Shown: in pieces, positions 13,410 to 22,870 of the stretch
How the letters are laid out: each line of letters starts with the position of its first letter
Position numbering within the stretch: the first letter of the stretch is position 1
Assembly (NCBI GenBank): GCA_963699545.1
Contig: CAVOUE010000006.1
Coordinates: forward strand, 32,001 to 96,000
Direction: 5' to 3'
Length of the DNA stretch: 64,000 bases
DNA from: Nitrospirota bacterium
GTDB taxonomy: Bacteria; Nitrospirota; Thermodesulfovibrionia; Thermodesulfovibrionales; UBA9159
Notes under the pieces: model-generated
What the model was told of the DNA's origin: nothing
What the model saw: the letters and a program-made list of their open reading frames with translations, nothing else
Database searches by the model: none
Position numbers and translations under genes: made by a program

Positions 13410-14525
13410 TCACCGCCCCATGATCTGGACGTATTTGGCGATACCGTTTCTCGTGATCAGCCCGAGAAGCTTACCCTTCTCCAGCACCGCGAGCCTTCCC
13501 TGGTCCTCACTGATCATCAGTTCCAGGGCCTTCAGCGCGTCGTCACTTTCGGGGACCTCCCATTTCCTGTCATGCGGTGTCAGGATTTCGGAAACGCGCA
13601 CCGTTCCCCACCTTTCCCTCGGCACATCTTTGACCTCTTTCAGCGTCACAAATCCAAGGAACCCCTCGTTTGCCATAACGGGAAAACCACCGAAGCCGTA
13701 CCTGAGAAAGTACTCGTTGACCGCGGTTTCCACTGTCATATCAGAGGGCATGGTAATGATCCCCCGCGTCATGATATCCCTGACCTTCACACCGGCAAGG
13801 GTCTGCTGAAGACTCGCCTGCTGATAGCTTGCCTGGGCAGCGGTGTGGAGAAACCATCCGATAAGCATGAGCCATAGCCCGCCGGTAAGTCCGGCGAACA
13901 AGGAGAAAAGACCGAAAAAAACGAAAAAAAGGGCGATCTTCTGGCCGTAGCCGGATGCCTTCCGGGTTGCATAGAAGAAGTCACTGCTCCTCTTCCAGAT
14001 AAATGCCCTTACCACCCTTCCGCCATCCATGGGAAAACCGGGAACAAGGTTGAACAATCCCAGTATGAGATTCAGCTGGGCAAGATACGAAAAAAGTGCC
14101 CTTGCCAGTTCCCCTGTTACTGCGAAGTAAAGGAGAAGGAACAGGAAGGAGAGAACGAAGCTCGAGAGCGGCCCCGCAACAGCAATCCTGAACTCCGCCC
14201 CCGGGTCCGGCGGCTCCTCCTTCATCTGTGACACGCCTCCGAAGATATACAGGGTGATACTGACTATGGGGAGGCCGTATCTGAGGGCTATGAGGGAGTG
14301 AGCGAGCTCATGAAACGCCACGGATATGAAGAGGAGTATGGCGGCAAGGGCGCCCGCACTCCAATAGGAGATGGCCGGCAACTGACGGGCAGCCTTCGGA
14401 AAATAAAAGGTGGCCAGCGACCATGTGATCAGGCCGAAGATGATAAGCCATGAGAAATGCACCCTTACGGGGATTCCCATGACCGTCGCAATTTTCCATG
14501 AACCGTGGTGTAACGGTGTTTCCAT
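13410..14525 (-). CDS. Site-2 (M50) zinc metalloprotease with CBS pair
   Basis: HELAH motif, FNLVPGFPMDGGR, multiple TM segments, C-terminal tandem CBS domains. Confidence 0.9.
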   Translation of the reverse strand: METPLHHGSWKIATVMGIPVRVHFSWLIIFGLITWSLATFYFPKAARQLPAISYWSAGALAAILLFISVAFHELAHSLIALRYGLPIVSITLYIFGGVSQMKEEPPDPGAEFRIAVAGPLSSFVLSFLFLLLYFAVTGELARALFSYLAQLNLILGLFNLVPGFPMDGGRVVRAFIWKRSSDFFYATRKASGYGQKIALFFVFFGLFSLFAGLTGGLWLMLIGWFLHTAAQASYQQASLQQTLAGVKVRDIMTRGIITMPSDMTVETAVNEYFLRYGFGGFPVMANEGFLGFVTLKEVKDVPRERWGTVRVSEILTPHDRKWEVPESDDALKALELMISEDQGRLAVLEKGKLLGLITRNGIAKYVQIMGR

Positions 14526-14704
14526 GAGCTTTCCCTGAAAGATCTACCCTAAAGATATACTACCATTCCCCTGTGATATTTCAAGCAAAATAGCAGGAGA
14601 TCAGCGGTCTCGGCCGTGATTTTGTTGATCCGATGTTGAAACCAGCTCCCTTTTGGTGTATTATGAGCAGTAGGAACTTCATTCTAGGGGAAGGAGGTGA
14701 GACA

Positions 14705-14878
14705 ATGAAAATCGTTCTTGTCCTTATTATGACACTTTTTGTAGTTGGGTGTGCTTCAAAGGAGTATGTGCGGCAGCAAATAGATCCCTTGGTGGATAAG
14801 ATCAATAAGTGTCAGGCTTGTTGCGACCAGAATCAGAAAGCGATGAAGAAGTCGTTTGAATTGCAGCAGAAGAAATAG
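14705..14878 (+). CDS. Small helical lipoprotein, Lpp/OprI-like, C-terminal KK
   Basis: GGAAGGAGGTGA SD, signal peptide with lipobox VVGC, mature CASKEYVRQQIDPLVDKINKCQACCDQNQKAMKKSFELQQKK. Confidence 0.75.
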   Translation: MKIVLVLIMTLFVVGCASKEYVRQQIDPLVDKINKCQACCDQNQKAMKKSFELQQKK

Positions 14879-14893
14879 TACTTACAAAGGGGG

Positions 14894-14923
14894 GGAGCCC
14901 AGAGACTTTTGCGTTTGGGCTCC
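14894..14923 (+). terminator. Hairpin after first lipoprotein gene (possible terminator)
   Basis: GGAGCCCAGA...TTTGGGCTCC inverted repeat directly downstream of stop; weak U-tract. Confidence 0.4.
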
Positions 14924-15120
14924 TGCGCTTAACCACACTGAGTCGCACTTTCTGTGGATCCCCCTCTCCCCTTCCCCATGACGAGGACGCCGGCTAAAGC
15001 AAGCGAGAAAGTCCCTTGACTTCTCGCAGCAACGGAAGAGTTTTTTCTTGACATTGTTTTGCATATGTGGTAATAATTGGAAGGTTTAAGGAGTCCTAAA
15101 AGGAAGGAGGTGACAGTTCA

Positions 15121-15315
15121 ATGAAGAAGATTATCGCCTTGTTACTTTCATTATTGCTCATAGTGGCCTTTACCATGACTGTGGGCTGCAAGAAGGCTGA
15201 GGAACCGAAGCCAATGCCGGCTCCGGCACCAACTGCTCCGGCACCAGAGAAGCCGGCAGAGGGAGGAGCACCGGCACCTGGAGCACCAGCTCCGGCACCA
15301 GCACCGGGCAAATAG
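15121..15315 (+). CDS. Small Pro/Ala-rich lipoprotein ending in Lys
   Basis: GGAAGGAGGTGA SD, signal peptide with TVGC lipobox, mature CKKAEEPKPMPAPAPTAPAPEKPAEGGAPAPGAPAPAPAPGK; TTGACA-containing promoter-like sequence upstream. Confidence 0.8.
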   Translation: MKKIIALLLSLLLIVAFTMTVGCKKAEEPKPMPAPAPTAPAPEKPAEGGAPAPGAPAPAPAPGK

Positions 15316-15326
15316 TTATTCATCGG

Positions 15327-15365
15327 ACATCAGGGGTAGGAAACTGCCCCTGATGTTGCTTTTTT
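15327..15365 (+). terminator. Rho-independent terminator
   Basis: ACATCAGGGGTAG-GAAA-CTGCCCCTGATGT stem-loop followed by TGCTTTTTT. Confidence 0.8.
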
Positions 15366-15408
15366 CCGGCAATCATTTTATCATATATAGAGAGCGGTTC
15401 TTTACTTG

Positions 15409-15435
15409 AAGAGTGGTCAAACCACTTTTTTTTTT
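15409..15435 (+). promoter_or_regulatory. rimP-leader-type terminator hairpin
   Basis: AAGAGTGGT-CAA-ACCACTTTT plus long T-run immediately before rimP ATG; resembles the conserved GAGTGG/CCAC hairpin upstream of rimP-nusA operons. Confidence 0.6.
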
Positions 15436-15440
15436 GGTTC

Positions 15441-15908
15441 ATGGAAAGAAATGTGGAGCAGAAAATTCAGGCTCTGGCGGCGCAGGCGGCCGATGAGTGC
15501 GGTTATGAGCTTGTGGAAGTGAGCCTGCTCGGCAGGGGAAAGAGAACCCTGCTCAGGGTGTTCATTGACAGGGAGGGAGGAGTAACCCTGAATGACTGCG
15601 AGGTATTCAGCAGGAGGCTTGAGTCCCTCCTTGATGTGGAGGACCCGCTTGCAGGTTCATATACACTGGAGGTCTCGTCTCCGGGCCTCGACAGGCCGCT
15701 GAAGGACCCGAAGGATTTCAGGAGAAGTATAGGAAAACTGGTGAGGATCGTGACAAGGGAGGACATTAACAACCGCACCTTCTTCGCGGGCAGGCTTGTC
15801 GGAGTCGACGGTGATCTCGTCAGGTTGTCCGTTTCAGAAGGCGGGGAGGAAGTCGTCATTCCCTTTGACATCATATCAAGAGCGAGGCTGGAGATTGAGC
15901 TGAAATGA
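15441..15908 (+). CDS. rimP: Ribosome maturation factor RimP
   Basis: LRVFIDREGGVTLNDC, YTLEVSSPGLDRPL; upstream of nusA. Confidence 0.96.
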   Translation: MERNVEQKIQALAAQAADECGYELVEVSLLGRGKRTLLRVFIDREGGVTLNDCEVFSRRLESLLDVEDPLAGSYTLEVSSPGLDRPLKDPKDFRRSIGKLVRIVTREDINNRTFFAGRLVGVDGDLVRLSVSEGGEEVVIPFDIISRARLEIELK

Positions 15909-17041
15909 CAAAGGAACTCTGTTTTATCGTCGAGCAGTTGAGCAGGGAGAAGGGTATCCCCAAGGATATGCTCATTGCCACCCTCGAGTCCGCACTGCTG
16001 TCTGCCGCCAGGAAAAAATACGGAGGCAGGACGAACGTCAACCTCAGGATCGATCCCAAGACCTGTGCGATCACGGTCTTTGAATCAAAGAAGATCGTTG
16101 AGACGGTAAACGATAAGAACGAAGAGATAACAGCGCAGGATGCTGCAAAGATCTCCCCGGGAAAATCATTGGGCGACGAGGTCGAGGTCCCCATTTTCCT
16201 TCAGGACTTCGGAAGGATCGCAGCCCAAACCGCCAAGCAGGTCATCTTTCAGCGGGTGAGAGAGGCAGAGAGAGACGTCATATTCAAGGAATACAAAGAC
16301 AAGGTCGGCCGTATCATCAGCGGGATAGTGATGCGCAAGGAGCGGGGCATGTACTTCCTGAATGTCGGCAAGACCGAGGCGATCCTCATTCAGAAGGAGT
16401 CCCTTCCCGGAGAGAACCTCAAGAGGGGGGATACGGTCAGGGCGTATATCGAAGACGTCAGGGTTACCCCAAAAGGACCTGTTATCTACCTTTCGAGGAC
16501 CAACCCGAAATTCGTCCTGGAGCTCTTTGTGATGGAGGTACCCGAGATATCAGAAGGGCTCGTGGTAATAAAGAATATCGTTCGCGAGCCGGGGGAAAGG
16601 ACGAAGATCGCGGTATTCTCCAAAGACCACACCATAGACCCTGTGGGCGCATGCGTCGGTATGAAAGGCACGAGGGTGCAGTCCATCGTGCGTGAACTGC
16701 GCGGTGAGAGGATAGACATCATCCCCTGGACCGATGACCCGAGGATCCTGATCTCCCGGGCGCTGAGTCCGGCCACCGTGGACAAGATCGGGATAAACGA
16801 AGAGGAAAAAACCGCCATGGTGGTGGTCAATGACCAGCAGTTGTCCCTGGCCATCGGCAAGAAGGGACAGAACGTGAAGCTCGCAATGAAGCTCACCGGG
16901 TGGGATATCGATATCCTGAGCGATTCCGAATACTCAAAGATGAGGAGCGAAGAGTCCGACGCAGTCCTTCCGGACGGTCTCAGGAAGGGACCATCAAGAA
17001 CGGACAAGGATCCGGGGAAATCAGAAGATTCACCGGAATAA
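15905..17041 (+). CDS. nusA: Transcription termination/antitermination factor NusA
   Basis: FGRIAAQTAKQVI, REPGERTKIAV, DPVGACVGMKGTRV, LSLAIGKKGQNV. Confidence 0.97.
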   Translation: MTKELCFIVEQLSREKGIPKDMLIATLESALLSAARKKYGGRTNVNLRIDPKTCAITVFESKKIVETVNDKNEEITAQDAAKISPGKSLGDEVEVPIFLQDFGRIAAQTAKQVIFQRVREAERDVIFKEYKDKVGRIISGIVMRKERGMYFLNVGKTEAILIQKESLPGENLKRGDTVRAYIEDVRVTPKGPVIYLSRTNPKFVLELFVMEVPEISEGLVVIKNIVREPGERTKIAVFSKDHTIDPVGACVGMKGTRVQSIVRELRGERIDIIPWTDDPRILISRALSPATVDKIGINEEEKTAMVVVNDQQLSLAIGKKGQNVKLAMKLTGWDIDILSDSEYSKMRSEESDAVLPDGLRKGPSRTDKDPGKSEDSPE

Positions 17042-17059
17042 CCCCTTCACACCGCCTCT

Positions 17060-19150
17060 ATGGATAGGGACCCTTCAGAATTCCCGATCCAGTACATAAA
17101 AGGTGTAGGCCCCCAAAGGGCGAGATTGCTTGGCCGCCTGGATATAAGGACCGCCCGGGACGCCCTGTACTACCTGCCCTACCGTTATGAAGACCGCAGG
17201 AACATCAAGAAGATATGCCATCTGAGCTATGGCGCCATGGAGACCACGACCGGGAAGATCGTCTCCATGGACGTGGTAAAGCTCCCCAGAAGCCGCTTCA
17301 GGATATTTGAGCTCGTCATCTCAGACGGGACTGGTGTGCTGAAGGGCAAATGGTTCAATCAGCCTTTCATGAAGAAGAACTTTTCTCTCGGGCGGGAAGT
17401 GATCCTGAGCGGAGTGGTGAAACGTAACCCCTATTGGGGCATCGGCCTCGAGATCGAAAACCCCGAATTCGAATTCACTGATGACGACGCTGAAAACCTC
17501 ATTCACACCTCCCGGGTCGTGCCGGTGTACCGAACCACCGCCGGGATGAGCGTCAGGCTCCTGCGTTCCATCATGTTCAATGTCGTCAGCGCATGTGCAG
17601 AGCACCTGGAAGATCCGCTCCCTGGAGAACTCCCTCCAAAATACCACCTTCCCCCCCTGAAGGACAGCATCTGCAATATCCATTTCCCCGACCAGGAAGC
17701 CGACATAGAGCGTCTGAACAGTGGCACGAGTGATTACCAGAGGAGGCTTTCCTTTGACGAACTCTTTCACCTCGAACTCGGCATCGCGGTCATGAAGAAG
17801 GGCGAGACGAGGGAAAAGGGCATCGCCTTTACCCCGGAAGGCAGACTGGTGAAGAGGCTCATCGAAGGGCTCTCCTTCAGGCTGACCGCGGCCCAGGAGA
17901 GGGTCTTCGGGGAGATACTGGAGGATATGAAGAAACCCTACCCCATGAACCGGCTGATCCAGGGGGACGTTGGCTGCGGCAAGACGATCGTGGCACTCAT
18001 GGCCATGCTCTCTGCTGTCGAATGCGGGTATCAGGCCGCCATAATGGCACCCACGGAGATACTCGCGGAGCAGCATTACCTGAACATCCGCAGGCTCGTG
18101 GAAGATCTTGGTCTCGGCATATGCCTGCTCACCGCCAGCACAAAAGGGGGCCCGGCGGAAGAGATCGCTTCAGGCGGCATGCACATCGTCGTCGGCACCC
18201 ATGCCCTGATACAGGCAGGGGTGAAGTTCAGGAAACTCGGACTTGTGGTGATCGACGAACAGCACCGCTTCGGAGTAATGCAACGGGCGCTGCTCCGCAA
18301 AAAAGCCCGGAACCCCGACGTCCTTGTCATGACCGCCACTCCCATTCCGAGAACTCTGGCCATGACCGTATACGGGGATCTGGACTACTCGGTGGTCGAT
18401 GAACTCCCCCCCCGGAGAAGCCCCGTGCTCACACGGCTCTTCTACGAGAACCGGAAGCAGCTCATCTATCAGGCCATCGCGTCGGAGGTGAACAAGGGAA
18501 GACAGGTGTATGCGGTCTATCCTGTTATCGAAGAATCGGAGAACTCTGACCTGAAATCCGCAATGCTCGGCAAGGCCGCCCTGGAAAGGATGTTCCCCGG
18601 CTACAGAACAGGACTTATTCATGGTAAGATGAAGACTGCGGAAAGGGAGAAGGTAATGGCGTCCTTCAAGGACGGGGAGATTGACATCCTTGTGAGCACC
18701 ACGGTCATTGAGGTCGGGGTGGACGTGCCCAATGCGACCATGATGCTCATCGTCCATGCCGAACGGTTCGGCCTTGCCCAGCTTCACCAGTTGAGAGGGA
18801 GGGTCGGCAGAGGCAGCGACCAGTCCTGTTGCCTCCTCCTCGCATATCCGCCCGTGGGGGAGGAAGCGAAAAAGAGACTGGATATCATGGTGAAGACGAC
18901 CGACGGGTTCAGGATCGCCGAGGAGGACCTTGACATCAGAGGACCGGGGGAGTTCTTTGGAACACGGCAGTCCGGGATACCTGATCTCAAGGTCGCGAGC
19001 ATCGTGAGGGATGCACGGCTTCTGGAACAGGCGCGGAAAGAGGCCTTCGCCATGATCGACCGTGATCCTTATCTCGAAAAATCACCCCGCCTGAAAAAGA
19101 CCGTGGAGAGGTTCTGGCAGGGGAAAATGGACATATTCAGGACAGGCTGA
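17060..19150 (+). CDS. recG: ATP-dependent DNA helicase RecG
   Basis: RLIQGDVGCGKT, MAPTEILAEQH, DEQHRFGV, MTATPIPRTL, QLHQLRGRVGRG, DLDIRGPGEFFGTRQSG. Confidence 0.97.
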   Translation: MDRDPSEFPIQYIKGVGPQRARLLGRLDIRTARDALYYLPYRYEDRRNIKKICHLSYGAMETTTGKIVSMDVVKLPRSRFRIFELVISDGTGVLKGKWFNQPFMKKNFSLGREVILSGVVKRNPYWGIGLEIENPEFEFTDDDAENLIHTSRVVPVYRTTAGMSVRLLRSIMFNVVSACAEHLEDPLPGELPPKYHLPPLKDSICNIHFPDQEADIERLNSGTSDYQRRLSFDELFHLELGIAVMKKGETREKGIAFTPEGRLVKRLIEGLSFRLTAAQERVFGEILEDMKKPYPMNRLIQGDVGCGKTIVALMAMLSAVECGYQAAIMAPTEILAEQHYLNIRRLVEDLGLGICLLTASTKGGPAEEIASGGMHIVVGTHALIQAGVKFRKLGLVVIDEQHRFGVMQRALLRKKARNPDVLVMTATPIPRTLAMTVYGDLDYSVVDELPPRRSPVLTRLFYENRKQLIYQAIASEVNKGRQVYAVYPVIEESENSDLKSAMLGKAALERMFPGYRTGLIHGKMKTAEREKVMASFKDGEIDILVSTTVIEVGVDVPNATMMLIVHAERFGLAQLHQLRGRVGRGSDQSCCLLLAYPPVGEEAKKRLDIMVKTTDGFRIAEEDLDIRGPGEFFGTRQSGIPDLKVASIVRDARLLEQARKEAFAMIDRDPYLEKSPRLKKTVERFWQGKMDIFRTG

Positions 19151-19162
19151 AGGGAGGAACCG

Positions 19163-19477
19163 ATGTGGAGAAGAGTGAAGGACAATCTCGATTCGGGCAT
19201 CGAGAAGGTGAAATGGTTTTCGTCTCTGCTGAACGAGAGGATGAAGATAGAGGTCTCTCTCTTCAAACTCCTCTATCAGTCCGCTGAGATGGAGAAAAAA
19301 AAGGCTGCGCTTCTGAAGACGGTCGGGGAAAGGGTCTTTGAACTGAAGAGCGGCCCGGAAAAACGGGTACTCAGGGATCCCGTGATAGTGGATGCGCTGA
19401 AGGACCTGGAGGAACTGAATGCAGAGATAGAGGATGTGAGGAAAAGTGCTTCCGAGATCGAAAAAATAGAAGCATGA
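19163..19477 (+). CDS. Hypothetical coiled-coil protein
   Basis: GGGAGG SD, 104 aa helical charged protein, stop overlaps pilD start (ATGA). Confidence 0.75.
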   Translation: MWRRVKDNLDSGIEKVKWFSSLLNERMKIEVSLFKLLYQSAEMEKKKAALLKTVGERVFELKSGPEKRVLRDPVIVDALKDLEELNAEIEDVRKSASEIEKIEA

Positions 19478-20259
19478 TCGCGATCTACGCCATAACAGCC
19501 GTAGTGGGCTCTGTCGTTGGCTCTTTCCTGAACGTCTGCATCTACCGCTTGCCCAGGGATTTGTCCATCATCCTCCCCCCTTCCCGGTGTCCGGCATGCA
19601 GCGCGCCCGTCAGACCATACGATAACATTCCTCTGATAAGCTTTATCCTCCTCAGAGGAAGATGCAGACATTGCAGGGCAAGGATATCGCTCCGATATCC
19701 CCTCGTGGAAGGCCTGAACGCCCTTCTCTTCGTCATTGTGGTCTGGCGCTTCGGGCTGGGAGGACACACTCCCTTCCTCTTTGCATTCTGCTCCGCGATG
19801 ATCGTCATCACCTTCGTCGACCTTGACTTCCAGATCATCCCCGACGCCATAACCCTTCCGGGAATAATCGTCGGTCTTATTGCGGGTTCACTTGTCCTTC
19901 CCGACCCTTTTCACAGGTTCGCGATCCTTGGCTTCCAGGGGTCGATCATCGGAGCTGTGTCGGGCGGGGCTGTTTTTTTTCTCATTGCTGAAGTCAGTTA
20001 CAGGATCTTACGGCAGGAAGCAATGGGAGGGGGAGATATAAAGATGATGGCCATGGTCGGTTCCTTCATGGGCTGGAAATCCGTGCTCCTGACGACTTTT
20101 TCCGGAAGCCTGCTGGGTTCCGTAGCGGGTATTTCTCTCATGGTCCTGAAGGGCAAGGGCAGGAGGACGAAGATACCTTTCGGACCTTTTCTTGCTGCAG
20201 GTGCGCTCATAAGCCTCTTTTACGGGCAGGAGCTCGCCTCTCTTTACCTGAAGAGATGA
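19474..20259 (+). CDS. pilD: Prepilin peptidase / N-methyltransferase (A24)
   Basis: GSFLNVCIYRLP, two CxxC, YPLVE, DLDFQIIPD, MGGGDIKM, IPFGPFL. Confidence 0.93.
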   Translation: MIAIYAITAVVGSVVGSFLNVCIYRLPRDLSIILPPSRCPACSAPVRPYDNIPLISFILLRGRCRHCRARISLRYPLVEGLNALLFVIVVWRFGLGGHTPFLFAFCSAMIVITFVDLDFQIIPDAITLPGIIVGLIAGSLVLPDPFHRFAILGFQGSIIGAVSGGAVFFLIAEVSYRILRQEAMGGGDIKMMAMVGSFMGWKSVLLTTFSGSLLGSVAGISLMVLKGKGRRTKIPFGPFLAAGALISLFYGQELASLYLKR

Positions 20260-21500
20260 CCGAGAGTATCGTAGTTATAACATCCTCCCTGCTCCTCGCT
20301 GTATTCATTGCCTTATTCCTGTTCCGCGTGGCCGGAATGCTCAGGAAGAAAAGGGAAAGCACAAAGAAGGAAGGGGAGACGCAGGTCGGCTTCATCGTAG
20401 GCACATTCCATGAACTGGTGGCGAAGCTCAAAGAAAAGGAAAAGGAGCTGGAGAACCTCCGGAAGAGAGCGGAGGAACGCGCCGACGTGGTCGAGAGTTA
20501 CAGCGAGTATATCCTCCAGAGCGTTCCCAGCGGCGTCATCAGCCTTGACCGCGATCTCGTCATCACAAAGGTGAACGCTGCCGCCGAGAGGATCCTCGGT
20601 CTCAAGGCCCAGGATGCCATAGGGAAAAGTTACAAAGAGATATTCAGGGAACCCATCAGGAGCATCCTTGACGGCACAATGAGCATCCAGCGCGGGGAAA
20701 TCCATTACACGTCGCATTCGGGCAAGGTAGTTCCCGTCGGCCTTACCGTTACTCCCCTTCTGAACGAGGCGAGGGAAACCATCGGCCGGCTGATGGTCTT
20801 TACCGATCGTACGGAACTGAAGGCCCTGGAGTCGCAGGCAGTCCTTCGGGACAGGTTGTCAAGTCTCGGAGAGATGGCTGCAGGAATGGCCCACGAACTG
20901 AGGAATCCCATGGCGGTCATCGCAGGGTACGCGAAGATGCTCTCGAAGAAAGCTGATCCCTCCCTTCTCCACGTTGTGGATTCCGTTGCATCAGAGGTTG
21001 CGGTGATGGACAGGATAATCACTGATTTTCTCTCCTTTGCAAGACCGACGGAACTGAACGTCTCCCCTGTGGACCTGGACCAGCTCATCAGAACATGTGT
21101 CACGCGCATTGCAGGGGAGAGAAAAGACATCGGGGTGCGCTTCAATATGCAGGCCGATTCCGCTCGTACCCGGTGATGAGATATTGCTGAGACAGGCCTT
21201 CACCAACCTGATACAGAATGCAGCGGATTCCATGCCCAAGGGAGGAGATCTGCGATTCGGGTTCGCACAACGAGGGCATTCTGGAGATCACCGTCTCGGA
21301 TTCAGGTCACGGCATCCCCGAGACGATTCACGACAAGATATTCCTGCCCTTTTATACCACAAAGGACAGAGGAACGGGACTAGGCCTGGCCATTGCTCAC
21401 AAAATCGTGGTGTCCCACCGGGTCTCTTTCACGTGGAGAGCAGCGAAAAAGGAACGACCTTCAGGGTGAAGCTTCCTCTGCCGAACGGAACGAGCAGTGA
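20256..21500 (+). CDS. PAS-domain sensor histidine kinase (frameshifted in C-terminal part; end approximate)
   Basis: N-terminal TM, PAS, LGEMAAGMAHELRNP H-box; NLIQNAADSM, DSGHGIP, PFYTTKDRGTGLGL boxes in successive frames. Confidence 0.85.
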
Positions 21501-21551
21501 GCGACGGGAACAGACACCCACTTTCCGACGTATTTCCGACGTATACCTGGT

Positions 21552-21680
21552 TCAATGTCCGCCGTGTATCAGCACCGGCAGGCAGCGGGCGCAGACAAGC
21601 TTGTCCTCGCCTTCGTGGACGCACTTGAGATACACCGCACTCTTCTCACTCTTTCCGCACACAAAGCACTTGACTTCCAT
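21552..21680 (-). CDS. Small Cys-rich putative metal-binding protein (42 aa), not in ORF track
   Basis: MEVKCFVCGKSEKSAVYLKCVHEGEDKLVCARCLPVLIHGGH*; two CxxC; starts 2 nt after DUF1858 gene stop. Confidence 0.7.
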   Translation of the reverse strand: MEVKCFVCGKSEKSAVYLKCVHEGEDKLVCARCLPVLIHGGH

Positions 21681-21682
21681 CC

Positions 21683-21907
21683 TCATCCCTCCAGTTCGTT
21701 CAGTTCTTTGACGATCTTCTCAGGGTCCATGTTGTGCATCATGGCTCCGAAGGAGATAGACTCCATCTTTACCCCGGGACAGGTGAAGCATCCGTTGCCG
21801 AAATGTTTCTCGATGACCTTTTTTGCTGCAGGGCTTGAATTGATGGCATCGCCGATGAGGGAGTCCTTAGTAAATTTCATCTTTGCCGCTTCTTTTGTTC
21901 CTTCCAT
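21683..21907 (-). CDS. DUF1858-domain (hybrid-cluster-associated redox disulfide) protein
   Basis: FTKDSLIGD...GCFTCPG...ESISFGAMMHNMDPEKIVKELN pattern; AAGGAGG SD. Confidence 0.8.
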   Translation of the reverse strand: MEGTKEAAKMKFTKDSLIGDAINSSPAAKKVIEKHFGNGCFTCPGVKMESISFGAMMHNMDPEKIVKELNELEG

Positions 21908-21970
21908 TGGTATCCTCCTTTTGAACCGGTTATAGCATCTTGTCTTACTATATCCCGGAATCCGTCAAAC

Positions 21971-21992
21971 GGGTATGACAGAGGTCATACCC
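21971..21992. promoter_or_regulatory. CRP/FNR-type site GGGTATGA-N6-TCATACCC
   Basis: Perfect 8-bp-arm palindrome centred 29.5 bp from first base of minus-strand TATAGT (21952..21947), i.e. about -41.5. Confidence 0.7.
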
Positions 21993-22214
21993 TTAATGCT
22001 TTGTAATCTTCACCCTCCATTCCGCGGGTCCTTCTTCCAGATACTGCCATGCAAACAGACCCTCCCTTTCGTGGAGGAACTGGTAATAGAGCGGCTTTGG
22101 GTCGTGGTCATTGACGAGGACAAAAGAATTCCCCTTTTCCATCTCGTCAAAGGTCCGGAATATCAAGGGATGCCGCTCCCTGGGGATAATCTCAGCTACA
22201 TTGAGCTCTTTCAT
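21993..22214 (-). CDS. DUF2249-domain protein
   Basis: PRERHPLIFRTFD...LVNDHDPKPLYYQF...YLEEGPAEWRVKI; AAAGGAG SD before ATG 22214. Confidence 0.88.
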   Translation of the reverse strand: MKELNVAEIIPRERHPLIFRTFDEMEKGNSFVLVNDHDPKPLYYQFLHEREGLFAWQYLEEGPAEWRVKITKH

Positions 22215-22225
22215 CGTTTCTCCTT

Positions 22226-22687
22226 TCATCCGGCAATGGTCCTTTCGCCGAGAAGGTCTCCCTTCACCCCGATTATGGTCTCAGTAAAGGGGATGCTCTT
22301 CCCTGACCTGTTGATGGCTTCCTTCAAGACTGCCGTCATTCCCCCACAGCACGGGACCTCCATTCTGAGACATGATACACTCTTGATGGGTATGTTGCTG
22401 AATATCTCGGTGAACTTGTCCACGTAGTTCATAGCGTCATCCAGCTTTGGACAGCCGATCAGGACCTTCTTGTCCTTCAGAAATCTCTTGTGGAAATCAT
22501 GGACCGCAAAGGCAGTGCAGTCAGCAGCCACAAGGAGATCCGCGTCATTGAGAAAAGGAGCCACCGCCCCGATAAGTTTGATCTGTATCGGCCAGTGCGA
22601 GAGCCTCGGGTTCGCCTCGCTTTCACTGACCGCTATAGGCCCGATGCTGGAACACGACGGGCATTCATCGTTCATATACGTGCTCAT
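22226..22687 (-). CDS. Iron-sulfur cluster-binding oxidoreductase-like protein (hcp-neighbourhood family)
   Basis: LSHWPIQIKL, DLLVAADCTAF, IGCPKLDD, MEVPCCGG; GGAGGAGG SD. Confidence 0.8.
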   Translation of the reverse strand: MSTYMNDECPSCSSIGPIAVSESEANPRLSHWPIQIKLIGAVAPFLNDADLLVAADCTAFAVHDFHKRFLKDKKVLIGCPKLDDAMNYVDKFTEIFSNIPIKSVSCLRMEVPCCGGMTAVLKEAINRSGKSIPFTETIIGVKGDLLGERTIAG

Positions 22688-22750
22688 GTTTCCCTCCTCC
22701 TGTTTCTTTGATTGTCATGCTTAAGCATACCGCTTCGCTGCGGCACTTGC

Positions 22751-22766
22751 TATGACGTACATCATA
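22751..22766. promoter_or_regulatory. CRP/FNR-type site TATGA-cgtaca-TCATA
   Basis: Centre 29.5 bp from minus-strand TATGCT (22729..22724) in front of gene 22226..22687. Confidence 0.7.
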
Positions 22767-22795
22767 TGGGTGGCAAGAATACGTAATCATCCTCG

Positions 22796-22811
22796 TATGA
22801 CGGCAATCATA
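22796..22811. promoter_or_regulatory. CRP/FNR-type site TATGA-cggcaa-TCATA
   Basis: Centre 28.5 bp upstream of TG-c-TATAAT (22832..22837) in front of gene 22871..23281. Confidence 0.7.
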
Positions 22812-22870
22812 GCAGTGGGAGCCGGCTTTGCTATAATGTAATTATAAATAAAAAGAAGAGGAGGAATTGT

